Source: Candidatus Latescibacterota bacterium (GTDB lineage Bacteria > Latescibacterota > UBA2968). Taken from it: DNA of 64,000 nt. The stretch is from the NCBI GenBank assembly GCA_965222605.1, contig OZ244960.1, positions 4,992,001-5,056,000 of the forward strand, given 5' to 3'. Position numbers and translations under genes: made by a program. Positions 29,142 through 39,176 of this stretch are shown piece by piece; position 1 is the first letter of the stretch; the number at the start of each line of letters is the position of its first letter. Under the pieces are notes generated by a model. That model was given only the letters and a program-made list of their open reading frames with translations. It did not search any database and was not told the DNA's origin.

Positions 29142-29178
29142 GGGAGACCTCCTGGATTAGAACTGCTGGTGCTGACGG

Positions 29179-31848
29179 CTAATAATCGTACGATAGCGAA
29201 ATATTCCAGCGGCGTGATAGGCCAAGGAATACGCGAGCGGTTGCGGCGTCGTGATTGTTGCCGTCATCTGCATCGGATACGTAGCGTTCGTCAAATAAAT
29301 TGAAGACGTGTAATTGCAGTTTCACTTTGCCATTGCCAAATGTATCGCCGGGCAGGGTGTAGCCCGCGTGCAGATTTACCAGGTTGTAATTTGGGAGTTG
29401 CCAGGACTGTTCTCGGTCGTTGGAATCTGTTCGGTTGGCGGGGTCAAATTTGGCGTAGTGATCCATAAGTCGCCGCAGACCCAGCGAGGCGTAGAGGCCG
29501 CGTGTGGGGAATACCGCACAGCCCAGCGCAAGGGTTTTTTGCGCCGAGTCACCCACTTTTAGCCCTTTGGCATAGACTTGAAAGTTGCCGATAACCGATG
29601 GGTCTTCTTCGGGAGAAAATGTGACATTGGCATCGTTGAGCCATTCCCAATTGCCGAGTGATACCATACCGCGCACTTCCAACATGGAATGGGGACGTGC
29701 TTTCAGGTCGAACTCCACGCCTGTATGCCGTGCGTCAATGCCGTTTAGCAAAAATCGGAAGCTCTGGTCGAGCTTTGCGCTGTAGATGCTCTTGGGCCAC
29801 GAGCGATCTTTCCATTTGGTGTAATAGAAATTTGTGTTTGCTGTCACCACACCGCGTTTGAAATAACCGGTACCCAGTTCAAAAGAAGCGACTTTTTCAT
29901 TGAATGTGGGATCGTAGAGGCTGTTGTCGTAGTGGTAAACAGAGTCGAATTTGGGGGCTGTTGAAAGCCAGCCCACATTGGCGTACACATTAACAGAGGG
30001 GGTTGCGTTGTAGTTGCCGCCCACTTTAACGGTGTAGCCTTTGAAGTTTTCCCAGTCTGTCTGATCCCAGTCGCCATTGATCTTTGCGCGGAAATAGTCG
30101 ATGCGTTTATAACCTGTTATGGACGCAGATGTGCTCAAAAATGCCGTAAAGTTGTTAAACCGACCTTCGAGTTGTGCAAAACCACCGCCCCAGCGCGTAA
30201 GGCCGTCGTTGTGGTAGGAGACTTTGTCACCGAGTCGCTTGACGGAGGTCGTGGCATTGCTATCCCAGGGGAAGACGTAATAATCGGCGCCGAGTAAATT
30301 GCGTACTTCGCGCCAGTGCTGTCCTCTGTAATAGCGCAAATCTATGCCAAAGGCCAATTTGTAAATGTCGCTCAAACGGTATTCGGCGGTGCCCAAATAC
30401 CCATACCAGAAGTGTTGATTGACCGAGTTTCGGATAACGGTCCTTGCCGCAATTTCACTGCTGCCCACTTCGCCTGTACCCACCAGGTCGGGATGGGCTT
30501 CTGATGCTGTTCGGGTGTTTAAGTCATCGGCAACGCGTTGCCAGTTGATGCTGCCATCGGGTAGTGCCCTCGGGTTGGTACCCAAACGCCCTGTGCCGCC
30601 GCCTTTCCCGCGCGAAAAATAAAATACATTGGACAGGATGAACTGCTCGTTGGGCGTCCAGTACCAGTTTAAATTGACCTGGGGTTTGTGGTAAAAATTC
30701 TCGCGTTCCATGATGATTTCGCTGTCGCGTGCATCGTGTACCTGGCCGTTGTAGTACTCTTGATAGGATGAAAATGGCGAGTGCCCCCAGTTGGGATTGT
30801 AATCGATGCCGTAGTTTATCGCTCCCGAAACATCAATGCCCAGAGATCGGGCGTAATCGGCATCAAAGGTTGCGATGGATTGTTTGTAGAGGCGGTGTCC
30901 GTGGCGTTGCGGCGCGCCTACGACAAACAGGTCAATTTTGTGCGTATTGGATGCGAAAAAGCTCAATGCAGCAAAATAGGACCACGCCGATGTCCATGCC
31001 TGATTGGGCAGGCCATCGCCGATTTTGCGCGTGAGGCCCAGGGTGAATGCCGTTTTTTCGTTCAGCAAACCCGATGAAAAGTTGACTGTGGTTTTGTAAA
31101 AGGCATTGTTCCCAGCTTCCTGTTTGATTTTGAACCCGCGTTGTTGGCGGGCGATGTCGGTGACAATGTTCATGGTGCCACCCACTGAGGCTATCGCCAG
31201 ATTTGAAGCACCCAATCCGCGCTGTACCTGGATTGACGACGTGACATCGCTCAGGCCATCCCAGTTGGACCAATAGACCCAGCCGTTTTCCATGTCGTTG
31301 ACTGGCACGCCATTGATCATGACGGCAACATTGCGCTGATCAAATCCTCTCACATTGATGCGGGAATCGCCAGGGCCTCCGCCTTGCTCGGTTGCATAAA
31401 CACCCGGCGTATCATTCAAAATCATCGGGAGATCGCGCGAGCCGAGTTTGCGCTGCATATCGGCTTTTGGAACGTCTGAGAAGGCAACGGGTGTTTCGCG
31501 TAATTTGGCGCGGTCGGCAACGACGGTGACTTCTTTGCCCCGAAATGCTTCGGGCATGAGTTCTATAAATAACTTGGCAGCATCCGCTTTTACAACGATG
31601 GCGTTGCGATATTCTTTGTATCCTACAAAACTTATGACGAGCGTATGGTTGCCTTCGCCGACTCTGGTGATCTCAAATTGTCCATCGAGATCTGTAGTAG
31701 TTCCTCGCCCAACACCTTCTAAATACACATTTGCGCCCGTCAGGGCTTCTCCGGTCTCGGCATCGCGCACTTTGCCTTTTAATTCGGCGGCAGACAGGGT
31801 TGAATGGGCCAGGAACAATGCGAAAAAAAACATAAACAGTTGCTTCAT
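29179..31848 (-). CDS. TonB-dependent receptor with carboxypeptidase-like regulatory N-domain
   Basis: Signal peptide, GTTTDLDG, TPGVY, INVRGF, plug domain, NLFDERY, C-terminal aromatic residue. AGGAGG SD. Confidence 0.92.
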   Translation of the reverse strand: MKQLFMFFFALFLAHSTLSAAELKGKVRDAETGEALTGANVYLEGVGRGTTTDLDGQFEITRVGEGNHTLVISFVGYKEYRNAIVVKADAAKLFIELMPEAFRGKEVTVVADRAKLRETPVAFSDVPKADMQRKLGSRDLPMILNDTPGVYATEQGGGPGDSRINVRGFDQRNVAVMINGVPVNDMENGWVYWSNWDGLSDVTSSIQVQRGLGASNLAIASVGGTMNIVTDIARQQRGFKIKQEAGNNAFYKTTVNFSSGLLNEKTAFTLGLTRKIGDGLPNQAWTSAWSYFAALSFFASNTHKIDLFVVGAPQRHGHRLYKQSIATFDADYARSLGIDVSGAINYGIDYNPNWGHSPFSSYQEYYNGQVHDARDSEIIMERENFYHKPQVNLNWYWTPNEQFILSNVFYFSRGKGGGTGRLGTNPRALPDGSINWQRVADDLNTRTASEAHPDLVGTGEVGSSEIAARTVIRNSVNQHFWYGYLGTAEYRLSDIYKLAFGIDLRYYRGQHWREVRNLLGADYYVFPWDSNATTSVKRLGDKVSYHNDGLTRWGGGFAQLEGRFNNFTAFLSTSASITGYKRIDYFRAKINGDWDQTDWENFKGYTVKVGGNYNATPSVNVYANVGWLSTAPKFDSVYHYDNSLYDPTFNEKVASFELGTGYFKRGVVTANTNFYYTKWKDRSWPKSIYSAKLDQSFRFLLNGIDARHTGVEFDLKARPHSMLEVRGMVSLGNWEWLNDANVTFSPEEDPSVIGNFQVYAKGLKVGDSAQKTLALGCAVFPTRGLYASLGLRRLMDHYAKFDPANRTDSNDREQSWQLPNYNLVNLHAGYTLPGDTFGNGKVKLQLHVFNLFDERYVSDADDGNNHDAATARVFLGLSRRWNISLSYDY

Positions 31849-31954
31849 ACTGTACCTCCTAAAAAAATGGGACATATAAATGCGTCAGAACACATACGCT
31901 ATGTGTGGCGTATTGGACGATGTTGTTGTGACAAATCTAATATATCAATACTTC

Positions 31955-31980
31955 GGGTTATTTTTGAAAAAAAATAACCC
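31955..31980. promoter_or_regulatory. Inverted repeat upstream of the TonB receptor (possible operator)
   Basis: GGGTTATTTTT-GAAA-AAAAATAACCC. Confidence 0.45.
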
Positions 31981-32094
31981 AAAAATGCCATTTATCCAGA
32001 TTGGACGGCTTCTTTGAGAAATTCACCTGTAAGTGTGGGTATATCGCACTTTTGTCAAACGGCAATTGCCGATCGTAATTCAAGGTATAGATAC

Positions 32095-32131
32095 GGCCTG
32101 CGTTGGCAATGCGCAGGCCATTTTTCTTTTT
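32095..32131. terminator. Terminator-like hairpin at the creatininase 3' end
   Basis: GGCCTGCG...CGCAGGCC; the T-tract is on the + strand. Confidence 0.55.
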
Positions 32132-33026
32132 ATCCGCGGTCTGGCACTTTCCAGTTGGCGTACCAGACAGAGTCTTCAGGAAGCACGGCGTCGTCGGTCC
32201 ATGCTGTTTGCATGGTGCGGAAGTTGGGTAGTTCGGGGCGGATAACGGTTTCCCATATATGTTCAACCTGGTCAAAGGTGCGAAATTTTTGCGTGGGTTT
32301 TTCCGATTCATACGCGGCGAGCAATTCTCTGGCTTTGTTGCCAAGCCACTTGGTTTCGTCATTGACCATGCGCTCGCCAATTTGGCGGTCGGATTCGCGG
32401 GCGTTTTTGCCCATTGCAAAGTGCGGACCAGGTTCGCTTTCGGGCGGCAAACGCGAGATATCGACACAGTCGGGTTCAATGGCCCACAGAAGCGAGGTTT
32501 CGACTTTTCCAGCGTGATCACCACCGCTTTTGTTGTCATTGTCAAAGCCGGGCAGGTTGGCTTCGGAGTCGGGTAGGCTATACAGGCGCGTGCCCACATG
32601 GGGTTGGATGAGTTCACACAGGGTTTTCAGGTCTTGCCAGTTGGGGCCATAATGCCCGGTGAGGAAGATGGCCGCGCGAAATCCGAGGGTGTCGGCCTGG
32701 CGGATGTGATAGCAGATGTTTTTGAAGTGTTGCCAGGGCGGCATGCAGGTTAGCCAGGATCGTTCGGGCTGGCCGACCGAGCGTTCTGACCAGAGGGCAT
32801 AGCCCCCAATTTCGTGAATATGCCAGTAGTCGGGCGGGGCGACAATGCCGCCGTGTCTGTGCGCGGTGCGAACGGCAATGCCGTGGGCTTTGAGGGCGTC
32901 GAGTCCCACAGCATTTTGTGGGCCGTGTGGTTCGCAAAGGCCATAGGGAAAATAGACGACTGGACAGGCTTTGAATGCGGCTTCGAGTTCATCGGGGAAC
33001 AGGCGCTCCCAACGTACGTCTCTCAC
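32130..33026 (-). CDS. Creatininase family amidohydrolase
   Basis: G-x-x-E-x-H-G (GLCEPHGP), GLD, TGHYG, DHAGKVETS. Confidence 0.88.
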   Translation of the reverse strand: MRDVRWERLFPDELEAAFKACPVVYFPYGLCEPHGPQNAVGLDALKAHGIAVRTAHRHGGIVAPPDYWHIHEIGGYALWSERSVGQPERSWLTCMPPWQHFKNICYHIRQADTLGFRAAIFLTGHYGPNWQDLKTLCELIQPHVGTRLYSLPDSEANLPGFDNDNKSGGDHAGKVETSLLWAIEPDCVDISRLPPESEPGPHFAMGKNARESDRQIGERMVNDETKWLGNKARELLAAYESEKPTQKFRTFDQVEHIWETVIRPELPNFRTMQTAWTDDAVLPEDSVWYANWKVPDRG

Positions 33027-33085
33027 GGCGGAGTGCTCCTTTTAAAAGATTGGTTTGTTGTATAAGGTGAAGAGTCTTCGGACTT

Positions 33086-35449
33086 TTACGATTCCAGGTC
33101 ATGGTGCAGTTTTAGTTGGGCGATAAATTCTGGTGTGAGTGTGGTTCCCGAGTTTTTGAGATGGTTTATGACGTCATTGCCAAGTGCTGTGTTGAGATGG
33201 TAGTGCTGTACAGATTCGTTGATTTTGATAAAGCCCATGCGGTTCATCAGGTCCGGGTGTATTTTGCCGTTGACGATGGGCGCGTGAAGGGTGCAGTTGG
33301 TGAAGCGCGTGCCCAACGTGCTTTGCAAAATATAAAATTGCCCTGGTATCTTTTCTACGTCGGGTTGGAGACGGCACTCGGTAAATATGAGTTCGCCCCG
33401 CAAATTGGGTGCGGTTATGGTGTTCAAACTACACCGTTCAAAAGTCGCACTGGCAATGCAGTGGCCCAGGTATGCGCTAATATTTTCACAGTTGGTAAAT
33501 CGCATTTTGGGGTAGAGGGCGAGTGCATCGGCATAGTCTATCGCCGATTCTCCACCGATCAGGATATGTACCTGTTCGTCATCATCGGCAATTTCCTGGA
33601 TGAATTTTTCGAGTTGAACATTGTCGCAGATGATGGTGCTGTTGGCGTGGAGTTGCGAGCCATCGTAGCCGCCATTGCCGCGAAGGTCGTAGTGGTGTGG
33701 GTTGGGTATGCGGATGAGGCGAACGCCTTGCTTTCGGCCTTCGACGGTGATGTTGCGAAATTCAATGCGATGGGGAAAGAAGAGGCGGGTATTATTTTTC
33801 GTTTTGGAAAAGGGAACAGTATCCATCAGCCAGCACGGCGCATTTGATGCAGGTGCAGCGCTGTAATCGATGAGCAGATCTTCGATAGTGACGGTGCGTG
33901 CAAATCCGATGGGATACTGGTAGTCGAAATCGGCCGGACGACAGGATAGGACAGAAACGCGGCCATTGCTACTGGGCATTAACCGACAGCCGCGGATGCG
34001 TATGTGCCCGTCCCATTTGGCCCCATAGTCGCGCCTAAAATTGACAAATTGGTTGCCGTGGCGCGTGGTATTTTCGATCACCAATTCGCCGCCGCCCGTA
34101 AGTGCGATACCTTTGAAGCCAATGGTGCAGTTGCTGATGTAGAGGTTCCAGCAGTGAAAATGCACATCGATGCGGTTGAGACGGCAGTTTTCAATGCGGA
34201 AGTTTTTGTTGAGGTTGGTGCCAAAAACACCCCATGCAACCCAGCCGCCTTCTGCTGTGATGTTGCGAAAGGTGCAATTGAGCATACGCGCACCGCCAAT
34301 GCCATAGGTGCCCGCGCTGAGGATTTTGTCTTCTTCTTCGCGATTTTTCTCCCAGGGCATTGCGCGGATATTTTCCAGTGTGACGTCGTAAACACCGCTG
34401 AATATGTAAAAGCCGCGACGGGGGTGCATGGAGATATCTCGTTTCCCCTTTTCCAGGCCCATCCATTGTTCTCGGATGATGGTGCGGCTGCGTTTTATGG
34501 AGATGCCGTGGTGGTGATACCCCCAGGATTCACCGCTTCCACTGTCGCCAGAAAAGTAAAATCCGCCGCCTTCGACGATGAGGTAATTGTCGTTGCAGGG
34601 TATGGCGGTGATGTCGGTGAAGTTTTTGAATTCCCAGGCTATATCGCCAATGATGCGGCCCTCTTCTTCAACATAGAACAATTCTTCGCGCGCCCATCCC
34701 GCCTTTGAATAATTGCCTTCCCGAATGCCTATGCGATCATTATCATCTTCGACGATGATGAGATGGCCGGCATATTGTGCCAGTTCGGGAATGAGTTGCA
34801 CGCCGGGTTTTAGCTTTTCCAATAAAGCCGCTTTGATGGTTTCGTCTCGCGTGAGTTTTTTGGAGGGCTGATCGTTGAGAATTTCAAAGCGCGGCTCTCT
34901 TCGGCTGTTGTACTGTTCATCGATGTGAAAAGTTGTTTGCCCCCAGGAGACATTGGTCTTGATGGGTATGTCATTGGTTTGCAAGATCCAATATTCGCCG
35001 CTTAAATTCACAATTGGAACTTTGCGTGCATTGGCATATTTATGTGCCAGGGTTATTTGAACGCCATCGTCGTTTTCACCATTGCCAATCGCGCCAAACA
35101 TTTTGTAGTTCACTGCTTTGTTTTCGTGCAAGATAGCGATTAATCCATTGTCCAATGCGATGATGTCGGCATCGTTTGGCTGGATATTTGCATCCGTTTT
35201 CTCAATGTGATACAGGGCTGCGCCGCCGTCGCCGGGAATGTAAAAACCCGCGGTTTCTGCCCATTCACCTTCGCGGGTTTCGGGCGAGGATTTCATAGCT
35301 TGAACGGTGGCGTAGCGAGTTATGGTTGTACTGCTTGTTGTGTTCACGGCGATCTCCTGAGACAATGCGTGCTGTGTAAGTACAATGCCACTGATACCAA
35401 TGCCAGCGATTGCTGTGCGTCTGGATAATTTATGTGGTTGTTTGGACAT
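33086..35449 (-). CDS. Tat-signal hypothetical protein with pectin-lyase/tailspike-like beta-helix
   Basis: SRRTAI twin-arginine leader; GFYIPGDGGAALY and VNYKMFGAIGNGENDD motifs; Asn/Ile-rich beta-helix-like repeats. Confidence 0.65.
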   Translation of the reverse strand: MSKQPHKLSRRTAIAGIGISGIVLTQHALSQEIAVNTTSSTTITRYATVQAMKSSPETREGEWAETAGFYIPGDGGAALYHIEKTDANIQPNDADIIALDNGLIAILHENKAVNYKMFGAIGNGENDDGVQITLAHKYANARKVPIVNLSGEYWILQTNDIPIKTNVSWGQTTFHIDEQYNSRREPRFEILNDQPSKKLTRDETIKAALLEKLKPGVQLIPELAQYAGHLIIVEDDNDRIGIREGNYSKAGWAREELFYVEEEGRIIGDIAWEFKNFTDITAIPCNDNYLIVEGGGFYFSGDSGSGESWGYHHHGISIKRSRTIIREQWMGLEKGKRDISMHPRRGFYIFSGVYDVTLENIRAMPWEKNREEEDKILSAGTYGIGGARMLNCTFRNITAEGGWVAWGVFGTNLNKNFRIENCRLNRIDVHFHCWNLYISNCTIGFKGIALTGGGELVIENTTRHGNQFVNFRRDYGAKWDGHIRIRGCRLMPSSNGRVSVLSCRPADFDYQYPIGFARTVTIEDLLIDYSAAPASNAPCWLMDTVPFSKTKNNTRLFFPHRIEFRNITVEGRKQGVRLIRIPNPHHYDLRGNGGYDGSQLHANSTIICDNVQLEKFIQEIADDDEQVHILIGGESAIDYADALALYPKMRFTNCENISAYLGHCIASATFERCSLNTITAPNLRGELIFTECRLQPDVEKIPGQFYILQSTLGTRFTNCTLHAPIVNGKIHPDLMNRMGFIKINESVQHYHLNTALGNDVINHLKNSGTTLTPEFIAQLKLHHDLES

Positions 35450-35473
35450 GGTTTTTTCCAAAGTGTTATTTTT

Positions 35474-36520
35474 TTATTGTACTTTTCCCCGTCCGGCAAC
35501 TTTCCATACATGTTCTACATTGCCATTTCGCACGGCATAGACTTCGTCGTGGAGGTTGGTGGTCATGCCCTGGTGCAGAGGGATGACGGAGAGGCGTTCG
35601 CCTACGGTGAAGGTGTGGTTGCACTCTGAGACATCGACGTGACCGTGTTCGACAGACATGCCATAAATTTTGGCATTGGGGTGTTCAACGATGTATCCAT
35701 AAGGTGTGGGGGCATAACTGGTGAATGTTTTTTGCCCGCCATCGATGATGACGCGGTCGGGTGTGGGTGTGCTGACGATGGTGACAATCATGCGCTCGGC
35801 ACAGGTGATGGGGTTGGGCGGGTTGTGTTCGCGGTTGATACGACGCAGACCTTCAAAGACGTAGGAACCAATGCGGGTTTCGGTGCAGCCAATGGCTTTG
35901 GAAACTTCGGCAGTGCCCGTGCCACCCCCGCTGATGGTGTTGAGCGCGATGCCCGCGCTTTGGAGCAGGTGGCGCGTTTGGTTGATGAAGGCTTTGGCGC
36001 GTTCGTGACTGGGATAGGTCATGATGCCCTGGAACTGAAGGCCGGGCATGTTTGTGATTTTTCGCGCCAGTTCAAGCGCGGCTTCGGGCGATTGTACGCC
36101 GCAGCGATTGCCACCGGTGTCGCATTCGATGAGGATGTTGATGGTGGCGTTGTTTTCTGTTGCCCCATCGGATAGGCCACGCGCGGTGATTTCCGAATCG
36201 ACGGCGACGGTCATGGTGGCGCGTTTACACAGTTCGGCGAGGCGTTTGACTTTGATGGGACCGACAATATTATAGGGGATGAGAATGTCGGGAATGCCCG
36301 CTTTAACCATGACTTCGGCTTCGCCCACTTTTTGGCAGACAATGCCAATGGCTCCCGCAGCGAGTTGCATTTTGGCGATTTCGGGAATTTTGTGCGTTTT
36401 GGTGTGTACGCGCAGCGGAATGTCGAAGTTGTCGCAGGCCTCTTGCGTTTCTCGAATATTTTTTTCGAGAATATCGAGGTCGATGGTGAGTGCGGGTGTG
36501 TCGAGGTCGTGTATGGTCAT
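35474..36520 (-). CDS. PLP-dependent D-threonine aldolase / DSD1-like enzyme (alanine racemase fold)
   Basis: TPAL, RVHTKTHK, D-x-G-x-x-R-x-G, GGGT, SVEHG. Confidence 0.85.
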   Translation of the reverse strand: MTIHDLDTPALTIDLDILEKNIRETQEACDNFDIPLRVHTKTHKIPEIAKMQLAAGAIGIVCQKVGEAEVMVKAGIPDILIPYNIVGPIKVKRLAELCKRATMTVAVDSEITARGLSDGATENNATINILIECDTGGNRCGVQSPEAALELARKITNMPGLQFQGIMTYPSHERAKAFINQTRHLLQSAGIALNTISGGGTGTAEVSKAIGCTETRIGSYVFEGLRRINREHNPPNPITCAERMIVTIVSTPTPDRVIIDGGQKTFTSYAPTPYGYIVEHPNAKIYGMSVEHGHVDVSECNHTFTVGERLSVIPLHQGMTTNLHDEVYAVRNGNVEHVWKVAGRGKVQ

Positions 36521-36570
36521 GGCAATATCTGTTATTAAAAGGTGAAAGACGGTGTTGTGCAGGAATAGGC

Positions 36571-36599
36571 AATGTACGTTGGTCTGAACAGGGCGTCAA
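36571..36599 (-). promoter_or_regulatory. Sigma70-type promoter
   Basis: TTGACG-N17-TACATT on the - strand. Confidence 0.6.
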
Positions 36600-36742
36600 G
36601 CAGTTGTGGCGTGTTGAATCTCGCCGATAGTGAAAGGCGGTCTGCGTTGACAATGTGCAGGTCGTTGTGTTATTTATGTGGTTAGATTTACTGGCGTTGT
36701 GGTGCTGGGTGGGTTAATCGCTAACTTAACTTAGGAGGCAAA

Positions 36743-37822
36743 ATGGCAGATAAATTGAAGGTGGGTATTGTCGGGGTAGGAGGTATTGCGCGGACGCATA
36801 TTCTGGGGTGGCGAGCTTCTGAACATGCCGAATTGGTGGCTGGAAGCGATATTAGCGAAGATGTGTTGAATACGTGGGGTGAACAATACGGTATCAAAAA
36901 ACTGTATGTAAATCCTGAAGATTTGTTTGCCGATCCAGAGATCGATATTGTGGATGTGTGTACACCAAATAATTATCACGCGCCTCTATCTATTGGCGCT
37001 CTGGATGCGGGTAAACACGTGATTTGTGAAAAACCACTGGCACCCAGCCCCAAATTGGTGAAAGATATGATTGCGGCACGCGATTCGTCGGGCAAGTTGT
37101 TGATGTGCGCGCAATCGTCGCGGTTTGCAGGTGCCTCTCTGGCGATGAAGAAGGAATTGGATACCGGGGTTTTGGGAAATGTGTATCATGCGCGATGCTG
37201 GATGTTGCGGCGGTCGGGGGTGCCCGCGCGACCGGGTTTTATTATGAAAAGGCACAGTGGTGGCGGGCCGTGTATTGATATTGGTGTTCACGTTTTGGAT
37301 TTGACTCTGTGGTTGATGGGCAATCCCAATCCCGTGGCTGTAACAGGTGTGGCGAAGGCGGAGTTGGCACAGCAGGAGGGTGCGTTCAGTACGATGGGAC
37401 GCAGTGGTGGTACGATTCCCAAAGAATTTGATGTAGAGGATTTTGCGGCGGCTTTTGTGCGGTTTGAAAATGGGGCTTCGCTTATTCTGGAGACGAGCTG
37501 GCTATTGCATCAAGGTCCCTCGGCAGAACGGCAGATATGGCTTTATGGCACGAAGGGTGGGGCACACTTGCCCAATTGTGAGATTTATTATTCGGATTAC
37601 AAGACGCAGCAACACCACAACTACGCATTGCAAAATACGGGCAATAGGACCGAAGCGCACGCGCTGGAATGCATGATGTTTGCCGAGGCGATTGCAGAGG
37701 GCAAACCGTCGCCCGTACCGGCAGAGCAGTCGCTACAGGTGATGGCGATTTTGGATGGGATTTATCGCAGCGAGGATGAAGGATGTGAAGTGGATATAGC
37801 GGGAGATGCAACCGTTGGTTAA
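36743..37822 (+). CDS. Gfo/Idh/MocA family oxidoreductase
   Basis: GVGGIA, CTPN..H, CEKP, GGGPCIDIGVH, DVED. Confidence 0.92.
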   Translation: MADKLKVGIVGVGGIARTHILGWRASEHAELVAGSDISEDVLNTWGEQYGIKKLYVNPEDLFADPEIDIVDVCTPNNYHAPLSIGALDAGKHVICEKPLAPSPKLVKDMIAARDSSGKLLMCAQSSRFAGASLAMKKELDTGVLGNVYHARCWMLRRSGVPARPGFIMKRHSGGGPCIDIGVHVLDLTLWLMGNPNPVAVTGVAKAELAQQEGAFSTMGRSGGTIPKEFDVEDFAAAFVRFENGASLILETSWLLHQGPSAERQIWLYGTKGGAHLPNCEIYYSDYKTQQHHNYALQNTGNRTEAHALECMMFAEAIAEGKPSPVPAEQSLQVMAILDGIYRSEDEGCEVDIAGDATVG

Positions 37823-39135
37823 AAAACTTTGTCGTCTTTGTCTTTCTTTTTAAGGGTATTTTTCCATCGGCGTTCGGGAGATTGAGGAGCGCGATCGATA
37901 AGTTTGTTGGGTTTGCCCATCTGTTTTACCAGATCAAAAGCATCGTAGAGTTCACCCACAGCGGTCATTGCGCGGTAGTGCAGGGTATCGCCCGAGACGG
38001 AGATGATTTGATAAAGCTGCGTGTTTTCCGCACCGCGCGTCATCCAGCGGTCTTTTCTGAGTTTGTATTGTTTGGGACCGCTGACCGATACGACGTAAAC
38101 TGTGCCTTTGGTTGTATCGCGCACGGTTACGCCGCTGCCGATGTTGTGTCCTCTGGCATACGTATGGTTGTGTCCTTGAAGTACCAGATCGACGGCGTAT
38201 TTGTCAAAGAGAGGTTTCCAGGCTTCGCGCTGGTCTTTATTGGCGCGGCCTCCCGCCGAAAAGATGGGGTGATGGAATGTGACAAAGGTCCATCTATTGG
38301 GGTTATTTTTGAGCACTTGTTCCAACCAGGGAGCCTGTTCTTTGTGGCGTTCATTGGAATTGAGCGAGATGATGCGCGCGCCCTGATAATCTGTGTAATA
38401 GGTCGTTTCTGCAAATCCCTTGGGACCATTTTCGGGCAGGGTGAATTGCGGACGCCATAGAACAGATAGACGGCGTTTGCTCGCATCTTGATAGTTAGAG
38501 TATTCGTGATTCCCCGGCGTGGGAATGCTGGGGATTTTTGCATGGATCCAGTCGCCAGATTCAAACCATTCATGCCAGTCGCTGTCGCTGTTGGGAAGAT
38601 TGACGAGGTCTCCTGCGTGGATGATAAAATCGGCATGGGGCGCGTCGAGCACAGCGGTTCGAATGGTGCGTGCCCAAAGGGCGAGCAAATTGTTTTGTGC
38701 ATCGCCAAGGTAAATGAAGGTGAATTCATCCGGTTCGACTGAGGCTGTACGAAATTGATACCAGGAACTCCAGATGTCGCCACTGCCCACGCGATAGGCA
38801 TAGAGGGTGTTGGGTTTGAGGCCCTTGAAGGTGACCGAGTGGAAATGGGCGACACGTCTATTGCGTTTCCATTTTTCAGTGCGCGCTGTTTCGCTCTTGG
38901 CCCATGTGGTAAAATTGGCCGAGGCATTGGCTTCTGCGATCTGGCCTTCGGCTTGTGTGATGCTCGTATCGGTGCGCCATGTGACCGATGCCGTGGTGGT
39001 GGGGTCTCCCGACCAGTTGAGTATAATGCGGTCGGGGATTTTTGAAGGGGCGGGATCTACGGCAGCACGGTGATACTCGTTTGCATAAGCCGGGACTGTG
39101 AATAGGAACAGAAGGATGAGACAAATCGGGCGCAT
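37819..39135 (-). CDS. Secreted metallophosphoesterase, purple acid phosphatase-like, copy A
   Basis: Signal peptide, FN3-like N-domain, GDAQ, GDLVN, GNHE, HHP, GHNH. Confidence 0.9.
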   Translation of the reverse strand: MRPICLILLFLFTVPAYANEYHRAAVDPAPSKIPDRIILNWSGDPTTTASVTWRTDTSITQAEGQIAEANASANFTTWAKSETARTEKWKRNRRVAHFHSVTFKGLKPNTLYAYRVGSGDIWSSWYQFRTASVEPDEFTFIYLGDAQNNLLALWARTIRTAVLDAPHADFIIHAGDLVNLPNSDSDWHEWFESGDWIHAKIPSIPTPGNHEYSNYQDASKRRLSVLWRPQFTLPENGPKGFAETTYYTDYQGARIISLNSNERHKEQAPWLEQVLKNNPNRWTFVTFHHPIFSAGGRANKDQREAWKPLFDKYAVDLVLQGHNHTYARGHNIGSGVTVRDTTKGTVYVVSVSGPKQYKLRKDRWMTRGAENTQLYQIISVSGDTLHYRAMTAVGELYDAFDLVKQMGKPNKLIDRAPQSPERRWKNTLKKKDKDDKVF

Positions 39136-39176
39136 GGAGTTCTCTGGGTGAGAATTTTTGAAAGACCACTAATTGA

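Noticed and set aside
31850-32130. Cobalamin or TPP riboswitch before the TonB receptor
   Set aside because: No B12-box or TPP core motifs were found, only an AT-rich inverted repeat.
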